A DNA stretch of 64,000 nt. Source: Bacteroidia bacterium. GTDB taxonomy: Bacteria; Bacteroidota; Bacteroidia; NS11-12g; UBA9320. How positions within the stretch are numbered: the first letter of the stretch is position 1; each line of letters opens with the position of its first letter. The DNA is taken from the NCBI GenBank assembly GCA_044339595.1, contig JBIIVF010000001.1:3541-67540 (forward strand), given 5' to 3'. Both the position numbers and the translations under genes were made by a program. The notes beneath the pieces are model-generated. The model made no database searches. It saw only the letters and a program-made list of their open reading frames with translations, and was not told the DNA's origin. Positions 58,102 through 64,000 of this stretch are shown piece after piece.

Positions 58102-58791
58102 TTGATTACGGAAATAAAGATAAAGGCATTCAGGGCCATTGATGATGAGGCCAGTTGTATTAAGTTTCTCGAGGGACACCGAGAGGTACTTATTGAACAT
58201 GGTTTTAGCCACTTCAAGACCAATACTCAGGCTTGGTTTTACAACCCTTTGGTTTACGTATTGGTAGCTGAGGATATTCATACCGGAGAATATATAGGCG
58301 GGGTTCGTCTCGAAATTGCTGATGATAGTTACGAACTGCCATGTGAGATGGCTTTAAAGCAAATGGATCCTAAAATTTCTGATTACATCAAGTTGCACCA
58401 AAAAGATGTAATGGCTGAAGGTTGTGGTTTATGGAATTCTAAATCCGTTGCCGGAAAGAGAATTAGTGTTATGCTTGTAAAGGCTGCCATCGTTGTTGCT
58501 GTGCAATTAAAAATCACGAAACTAATCGCGTTTTTGGCGCGATATACCAGTTACATTATTTTAAGAATGGGCTTTAAATCTGAAACCGGTTTAGGTAAAA
58601 ATGGGGATTTTAATTATCCTACCGATCAGTTTATTGCAAGAGTCTATTTGAATGATGATTTGATTAACCTAAAGGATGCGAGTGAAGAAGACCGCAAGAG
58701 AATCATGTTTCTGCAAGCCAATCCCATTATTACACTCGACGAACTTGAGACAAATGAGCCGGTAAGGGTTCATTATGAATTAAAGATTTAA
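58102..58791 (+). CDS. GNAT-fold acyl-CoA N-acyltransferase-like protein of about 229 aa, apparently TTG-initiated
   Basis: A beta2-beta3-like segment (LVYVLVAEDIHTGEYIGGVRLEI) is present. A motif-A-like block (VAGKRISVMLVKAAI) is followed by a motif-B-like block (ARYTSYIILRMGF). No in-frame ATG lies upstream of the domain. The first start codon after the in-frame stop at 58078 is the TTG at 58102. Confidence 0.5.
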   Translation: MITEIKIKAFRAIDDEASCIKFLEGHREVLIEHGFSHFKTNTQAWFYNPLVYVLVAEDIHTGEYIGGVRLEIADDSYELPCEMALKQMDPKISDYIKLHQKDVMAEGCGLWNSKSVAGKRISVMLVKAAIVVAVQLKITKLIAFLARYTSYIILRMGFKSETGLGKNGDFNYPTDQFIARVYLNDDLINLKDASEEDRKRIMFLQANPIITLDELETNEPVRVHYELKI

Positions 58792-58795
58792 TCCA

Positions 58796-60805
58796 GTGTT
58801 TAGAATTCCGGCATTTATTTTCTGTATTTTATCTTTTTTTACATCTGAAGCGATCAATGCGGATAGTCAATTCGTTCAATTAACACCCAATCAAGAAATT
58901 ACGGCAGAAGTCTCAGACGGATTATCTGCCAACGATTTTTATCTTTTTCACGACAATCAATTTCCATCGCAGAGTTTGAAATTGGTAACGCCCAGGTTGG
59001 ATACCGTTCGATTATATCAAATCAATAATGGCCAATATCAGTTGATTTATTTTAGAGAAGGTTTGAAACAAAAAAACAAAAACTTCATTCACTACATTGT
59101 TCCACTTCTCAATGGCGTAAATCCTGATTCCTTCAAATTAGAAATCAAATCTAGTTTTAAACTCAGGTTCAAAATGGTTTTAGAAGAGACTGAGGTCTCG
59201 CATAAAAAAGAACAGATTTTTGAATTGTGGTTCAGTTTGTTTACCGGCATTATGCTGGTGATGATTATTTATAACTTATTTCTTTTCTTCTCTGTAAGAG
59301 ACAATATCTATCTGCTTTATGTATTGTATATCCTCACCGTTTTGTTCACTCAGCTTTCCATTTTTGGGGTTGCGGCAAAATATCTTTGGGCCGGCAATGA
59401 GTGGCTCAATTATCAGTCAGTAAATATATTTACCTCTTTGGTGGGCATTGCCTCCCTCGAATTCTTCAAGAAATTTAACCAAATCAAAGACTTTTTTCCA
59501 AAAGCAGACAAAGTATTAAACATCCACCATGTGGTTTACGTATTGGCGCTGATTTACTCTTTTTCTGACAAAAGCAATGTACCAACCGCTTATGGTTTGA
59601 TTTCGGTGAATGCCACCGTTCTTTCTATTGTTGCCATCATTCTGGGTTTTAAACTCATGATAAACGGTTTTAGACCGGCGAAATTCTTTTTGATTGCCTG
59701 GATTCTTTTTATTGTCGGCATCGTGTTGTACATCATGAAAGATTTTGGGTTTTTACCACTCACCTTTTTAACCAGATATATGATGCCCATTGGCTCTGCC
59801 ATGGAAACCGTGATCCTTTCTTTGGCGTTGGCAGATCGAATCAACATATTAAAGAAAGAGAAGGAGACTTCACAAGCACAGGCGCTGAATGAGATGAAGA
59901 AAAATCAGCAGTTGATTAGAGAACAGAATATTGTACTTGAACAAAAAGTAGTTGAAAGAACTGCTGAACTTGAACAGACATTGATGGACCTCAAGCAAAC
60001 GCAAAGTCAATTGGTTGCTGCAGAAAAACTAGCCTCACTCGGTCAATTGACCGCGGGTATTGCGCACGAAATCAACAACCCCATTAACTTTGTTTCATCC
60101 AATATCGAACCGCTTAAAAACGACATTAAAGACATCATTGAATTATTGAATATTTATCAAGAAAAAGCCCGTTCTTTAAACCCTGCTGAATTCAAGTCGG
60201 CCAAAGAATTTGAAGATGAAATTGACTTAGAATATACCATTGAAGAAATCGATCGGCTGATGAAAGGCATACGAGAAGGGGCAGACCGGACCACAGAAAT
60301 CGTAAGCAGTTTGAGGACTTTCTCAAGAACCGATGAAATTGCCCTTCAAACAGTCGATATACACACCATCATAGATTCAACCCTCACCATCTTAAAAAAC
60401 AATCTCGGCCGCATTCAAGTTATTCGGCAATATGGTGAAATTTTACCGATTGAAGCCTATGCGGGTAAATTGAATCAAGCCATTATGAATGTCGTAAACA
60501 ATGCAATGCAGGCCATTTTCGATTGCTACGAAGACGAAAGTAAAGGAATCATCTATATAAAGACTGAGCAAATCGACTCGATGATTAAAATTTCAATTTC
60601 GGACAACGGTTCAGGGATTGATCCCTTGTATGTCGACAAAATTTTTGAACCCTTTTTTACGACCAAGGAGGTTGGAAAAGGAACCGGATTAGGACTTTCG
60701 ATTACATATGGAATCATTGATCAACACAGTGGAAAGATTTATGCAGAGGAACATGGTAATACCGGCACTAAAATCTCGATAGAAATACCTATACATCAAT
60801 CATGA
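58796..60805 (+). CDS. Sensor histidine kinase of the 7TMR-DISM type. It has a periplasmic 7TMR-DISMED2-like domain, a 7-TM region, HisKA and HATPase_c.
   Basis: A signal-anchor is followed by an extracellular domain of about 115 aa. Seven TM helices span residues 140-345, followed by a coiled coil. The H-box (AEKLASLGQLTAGIAHEINNP) and the N, G1 and G2 boxes (GTGLGLSI) are present. Confidence 0.8.
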   Translation: MFRIPAFIFCILSFFTSEAINADSQFVQLTPNQEITAEVSDGLSANDFYLFHDNQFPSQSLKLVTPRLDTVRLYQINNGQYQLIYFREGLKQKNKNFIHYIVPLLNGVNPDSFKLEIKSSFKLRFKMVLEETEVSHKKEQIFELWFSLFTGIMLVMIIYNLFLFFSVRDNIYLLYVLYILTVLFTQLSIFGVAAKYLWAGNEWLNYQSVNIFTSLVGIASLEFFKKFNQIKDFFPKADKVLNIHHVVYVLALIYSFSDKSNVPTAYGLISVNATVLSIVAIILGFKLMINGFRPAKFFLIAWILFIVGIVLYIMKDFGFLPLTFLTRYMMPIGSAMETVILSLALADRINILKKEKETSQAQALNEMKKNQQLIREQNIVLEQKVVERTAELEQTLMDLKQTQSQLVAAEKLASLGQLTAGIAHEINNPINFVSSNIEPLKNDIKDIIELLNIYQEKARSLNPAEFKSAKEFEDEIDLEYTIEEIDRLMKGIREGADRTTEIVSSLRTFSRTDEIALQTVDIHTIIDSTLTILKNNLGRIQVIRQYGEILPIEAYAGKLNQAIMNVVNNAMQAIFDCYEDESKGIIYIKTEQIDSMIKISISDNGSGIDPLYVDKIFEPFFTTKEVGKGTGLGLSITYGIIDQHSGKIYAEEHGNTGTKISIEIPIHQS

Positions 60806-61905
60806 CGGCGATAAAACCAAAAATACTGATTGTAGATGATGAAGAGCAGAATTTAGTTTCATTCAAAGCATCTTTCCGAAGGATTTACCATGTTTATACT
60901 GCTCAATCAGCAGACGAGGGCATGCAGGTTCTGCGAACAGAGAATGGCATCTGTGTAGTAGTTTCAGACCATCGAATGCCGGGAAAAACAGGCGTAAAAT
61001 TTTTAGAAGATGTAAAGCAGGAGTTCCACAATATTATCCGCATAGTATTGACCGCCTATGCCGATCCAGAAGCCACTCGTGATGCCATTAATAAAGCAGG
61101 GGTCTACCGATATCTGAACAAACCCTGGGTAGAACAGGATTTACTCTCTACCCTGAATTCTGCGGTGGAGCTTTACAATACCCGCGAAGAACTCATTCAT
61201 AAACAAGAAGAACTTGAGCAAGCCTATGCAGAATTAAGCAAGTTCGTTTACAGTGCTTCTCATGATTTAAGGGCGCCTTTGGTTTCCGTTATTGGATTAA
61301 TTAATGTGGCCAAAATGGATCCTGAGTTTCCCAAAGACAGCATGTATCTCCCCTTGATCGAAAAAAGTGTGCTAAAACTTGAAGTATTTGTAAGAAATAT
61401 CATTGAATACTACCAGAACAAAGAAAGAAAGAAAAGCATGGTTCCGGTGAATATTGCCTTCATGGTGGAAGAAATTGTACACTCACTCGAATATTTCCAA
61501 AATGCCTCGGAAATCCATTATATAAAACAATTTGATCTCGAAATAGTCACCGTTACGGATGAATTCCGCTTAAAGGTGATCCTTAATAATCTTATTTCCA
61601 ACGCGATTAAATATCAACGAGAGGATGAGGCGAATAAACAAATTCGAATTTCAGCGAAGTCAAATTCCGAACAAATCATCCTTGAAGTTTCTGACAATGG
61701 CATCGGTATAAAATCTTCCTCTAAGGAACATATTTTTGATATGTTCTACCGGGCAACCAATCAAGAATCAGGCTCGGGAATAGGATTATATATTTTAAAG
61801 GACGCGGTAAATAAATTAGGAGGGCAGATTTCCTTTGAATCAGAAACCGGCGTTGGGACCACTTTCAAAGTGATGATACCCAATAATCCCACAACGAATT
61901 TATGA
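60802..61905 (+). CDS. Hybrid two-component protein with an N-terminal REC receiver fused to HisKA and HATPase_c
   Basis: The REC domain (KILIVDDEEQNL...VVSDHRMPGKTG...NKP) is followed by an H-box (SASHDLRAPL) and an ATPase domain (ISNAIKY...DNGIGI...GSGIGLYI). There is a 4-nt ATGA overlap with the upstream kinase. Confidence 0.8.
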   Translation: MTAIKPKILIVDDEEQNLVSFKASFRRIYHVYTAQSADEGMQVLRTENGICVVVSDHRMPGKTGVKFLEDVKQEFHNIIRIVLTAYADPEATRDAINKAGVYRYLNKPWVEQDLLSTLNSAVELYNTREELIHKQEELEQAYAELSKFVYSASHDLRAPLVSVIGLINVAKMDPEFPKDSMYLPLIEKSVLKLEVFVRNIIEYYQNKERKKSMVPVNIAFMVEEIVHSLEYFQNASEIHYIKQFDLEIVTVTDEFRLKVILNNLISNAIKYQREDEANKQIRISAKSNSEQIILEVSDNGIGIKSSSKEHIFDMFYRATNQESGSGIGLYILKDAVNKLGGQISFESETGVGTTFKVMIPNNPTTNL

Positions 61906-61911
61906 TCTTAA

Positions 61912-63006
61912 CTATTTAAGAACATCCACGTGTTCTTCTCTCCTCTTCCTGATCCTTCTCAACCAAATGGGCAAAACGATGCTGCCGATGATGATATAAG
62001 GATAATAACTCAAAAATCTCCACAAGAAGGCCACCCCACCTGCAATTTCATGACTTGGCAAAAAGTTTCCGAGAAATGCAGGAAAAATCAATTCAGCCAC
62101 GCCGCTACCTCCGGGCGTTACCGCCACCAAAAGAATCACCCACATGATGAGTTGTCTTCCATAAATCATTAAATGGTCGTCTATGGGTCCAAATGCCAGC
62201 ATCAAAAAATTAACCATCAAATATCTGGCAGTCCAGCTCAGAAATGTGGCGCCATAGGCACTCAGCCAAAACTTCCATCCTTTCCCTCTAAACTCGGTAG
62301 CTGCAATGAGCAGATCTTTGGCCCATTCCCTGCTGCTCCACCGCCAACGTCGCAAAACAGGAAATGAAAATAACTTGAGAATAAATCGAGTGGTTATGCT
62401 TGGTTTTAACAATAAACAAAACAACAACAACACCGTCCATGCTGCCAATATTCCGTATCCTGTCCAAAAGAATAATTTAATATTGCCGGTGCTGAATAAG
62501 CCTGTTGCATTTTCTGTGAGTTCAATGGCAGGAAAAGCATTTGAAAAGCCTATTACAAAAAACACAATCGGTACCATGGTGATGAAAAATATTTCATCCA
62601 ATAAGGACGTAATAAGGACAATGGCGGTGGTTCTGCCTGTTTTTATTTTCTCCTGAGCCATGATGACCAATGCCACAGCAGTTCCACCCACGGCACTTGG
62701 TGAAATGGCAGAAGAAAATTCCCATAACATGGAGATTTCAAAACACTGACGCCAACTTAATTCCTTTTCAGACAGTACTCTCAATCTCAGCATGTACCCG
62801 ACATCCCTCAGGACCATCATTAAAATAGAAACGCCTATCCAAATAGATGAGTAAACGGTCCAATTGATGCGTCGATAGGCGTCTGCGTCCTTTTGGTCAA
62901 AATTCCAAAAGATGATAAAGACAGTTACAATCAAACCGATGATAACCGGCAGAATAACCCTTCGCCCGCGGAAATATTTTGTAATGTCGGATATCCTGTT
63001 TTTCAC
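61912..63006 (-). CDS. Integral membrane protein of the MprF/lysylphosphatidylglycerol-synthase TM-region (flippase-like, UPF0104) family
   Basis: The product is 364 aa with about 8 TM helices. The N-terminus (MKNRISDITKYFRGRRVILPVIIGLIV) and overall topology fit this family. No catalytic domain is present. Confidence 0.6.
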   Translation of the reverse strand: MKNRISDITKYFRGRRVILPVIIGLIVTVFIIFWNFDQKDADAYRRINWTVYSSIWIGVSILMMVLRDVGYMLRLRVLSEKELSWRQCFEISMLWEFSSAISPSAVGGTAVALVIMAQEKIKTGRTTAIVLITSLLDEIFFITMVPIVFFVIGFSNAFPAIELTENATGLFSTGNIKLFFWTGYGILAAWTVLLLFCLLLKPSITTRFILKLFSFPVLRRWRWSSREWAKDLLIAATEFRGKGWKFWLSAYGATFLSWTARYLMVNFLMLAFGPIDDHLMIYGRQLIMWVILLVAVTPGGSGVAELIFPAFLGNFLPSHEIAGGVAFLWRFLSYYPYIIIGSIVLPIWLRRIRKRREEHVDVLK

Positions 63007-63233
63007 TCAATCTGTAGAAGGCCAAAAATAATGGATATCAGGAGTTTATAATAACTTTGAAGGATAAATCTGCAGATTTTTTTATACCGATTGATACATC
63101 TACTGCGTGTTTCTTAAAAATAAATGAACAATTCTTGTGACCTGCAGACACATTATATGTCTAAAAGGGGCAATTAGGAATAGAATATTCTTAAAATTCA
63201 ACTCAATATCGCAAAAATCAATTTTTATTATTC

Positions 63234-64000
63234 ATGAGGCAGCTAAAAATCAGTAAACAGTTTACCAATCGCGAGAACAAATCTTTGGACAAATATCTAA
63301 ACGAAATCAGCAAGGTTTCGATGATTGATGCCCAGGAGGAAGTTGAACTCGCACGCAGAATCAGAGAAGGTGATCAGGCTGCATTAGAAAGATTGGTTAA
63401 TGCCAACCTCCGATTTGTGGTATCTGTTTCAAAGCAGTATCAAAATCAAGGGCTAACCTTGGGAGACCTTATCAATGAGGGCAATCTCGGGTTGATTAAA
63501 GCTGCCAAGCGTTTTGACGAAACACGCGGATTTAAATTCATTTCTTATGCCGTTTGGTGGATTCGTCAAAGCATCCTTCAAGCATTGGCAGATCAGAGCA
63601 GAATTGTTCGTTTGCCTTTAAATAAAGTAGGCTCTATCGGAAGAATTACGGCCACAGCCGCCAAACTTGAACAAGAGCACGAACGCGAACCAACACCTGA
63701 AGAAATTGCAGAGGTATTGGGTATCGCCACGTCTGAAGTTGAAAATGCATTTAAAACATCCGGCCGTCACTTAAGTATCGATGCTCCCTTGACTGAAGGA
63801 GAAGACAATACGTTGCTTGGTGTATTGGACAATAACGACGAACCGGATCCGGACAATTTGCTTATCAACGAGTCGTTGCAAAAAGAAATTAACCGTGTCA
63901 TCAGTACCCTTTCTGAAAAAGAACGCGATGTATTGAGATATTACTACGGGCTTGATGGCGGACCGGCTCATACTTTGGAAGATATTTCTGAAAAAGTTGG
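63234..64000 (+). CDS. rpoD: RNA polymerase primary sigma factor (sigma-70/RpoD). It is 3'-partial because it runs off the window.
   Basis: Region 2 ([37 protein letters not shown]) and region 3 are recognisable. This gene is not in the ORF track because no stop is reached before the window ends. Confidence 0.85.
   Translation, partial: MRQLKISKQFTNRENKSLDKYLNEISKVSMIDAQEEVELARRIREGDQAALERLVNANLRFVVSVSKQYQNQGLTLGDLINEGNLGLIKAAKRFDETRGFKFISYAVWWIRQSILQALADQSRIVRLPLNKVGSIGRITATAAKLEQEHEREPTPEEIAEVLGIATSEVENAFKTSGRHLSIDAPLTEGEDNTLLGVLDNNDEPDPDNLLINESLQKEINRVISTLSEKERDVLRYYYGLDGGPAHTLEDISEKV

Noticed and set aside
57942-58281. Two small minus-strand ORFs (57942-58223 and 58057-58281) in the pdxA-GNAT intergenic region
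   Set aside because: They have no motifs, and they overlap the start of the GNAT-like gene. The intergenic region more likely carries the promoter.
58102-58791. A LuxI-type acyl-homoserine-lactone synthase identity for the 229-aa GNAT-like protein
   Set aside because: The central region loosely resembles LasI, but the diagnostic N-terminal LuxI residues (R..F…W…E.D.YD) are absent. Only a generic GNAT fold is supported.
63771-63971. A 66-aa minus-strand ORF near the window end
   Set aside because: It lies inside the clearly recognisable rpoD coding sequence on the opposite strand.
1-64000. CRISPR arrays, transposases, integrases, toxin-antitoxin pairs and restriction-modification genes
   Set aside because: I looked for spaced direct repeats and for characteristic protein motifs in all ORFs and found none. 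The only direct repeat is the 22-bp tandem at 28391-28412.

Overview
This window reads as a chromosomal segment from a Bacteroidota genome, probably Cytophagia, Saprospiria or Chitinophagia, with GC content around 40 percent. Three large proteins carry type IX secretion C-terminal domains, two of them of the gliding-motility-associated type B (CHU_C) kind. The -7 promoter elements match the Bacteroidetes TAnnTTTG form, and there is no obvious Shine-Dalgarno usage.

Most of the window is housekeeping:
- the iscS-iscU-iscA Fe-S assembly genes
- pth, rbfA and the rplM-rpsI-rpsB-tsf ribosomal run followed by pyrH
- mgtE, rsmA/ksgA, lpxK, a Nif3-family gene and gltX
- a scattered methylmalonyl pathway: methylmalonyl-CoA epimerase, MeaB, an enoyl-CoA hydratase and an unusually long methylmalonyl-CoA mutase (MCM)
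- purL, the accC-accB-fabH-plsX-rpmF-yceD cluster and pdxA
- the 5' part of rpoD at the right edge

I could identify one tRNA, tRNA-Leu with anticodon CAG. I found no CRISPR array, transposase, integrase or recognisable defence genes.

The parts worth a second look are accessory:
1. At 19.2-28.3 kb, a tightly coupled minus-strand operon encodes four small lipoproteins and a DUF1501 sulfatase-like protein. A CapA-like phosphoesterase (26951-28264) lies upstream, separated by a 71-bp gap. The operon feeds directly into a 1156-aa CUB/CHU_C adhesin. One lipoprotein carries a C-x4-C-H motif and another has repeated 'DLLGRxPT' motifs.
2. At 28527-28877, a 116-aa protein consists essentially of a signal peptide plus a T9SS C-terminal domain, with almost no cargo.
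3. At 58.1-61.9 kb, a TTG-initiated GNAT-fold gene is followed by a 7TMR-DISM sensor kinase and then a REC-histidine-kinase hybrid.
4. A TonB-dependent receptor is paired with a T9SS-secreted beta-helix protein and no SusD partner.
5. The MCM is about 340 aa longer at its N-terminus than a normal large subunit.

All functional assignments rest on my reading of conserved motifs in the translated ORFs. I ran no database search.
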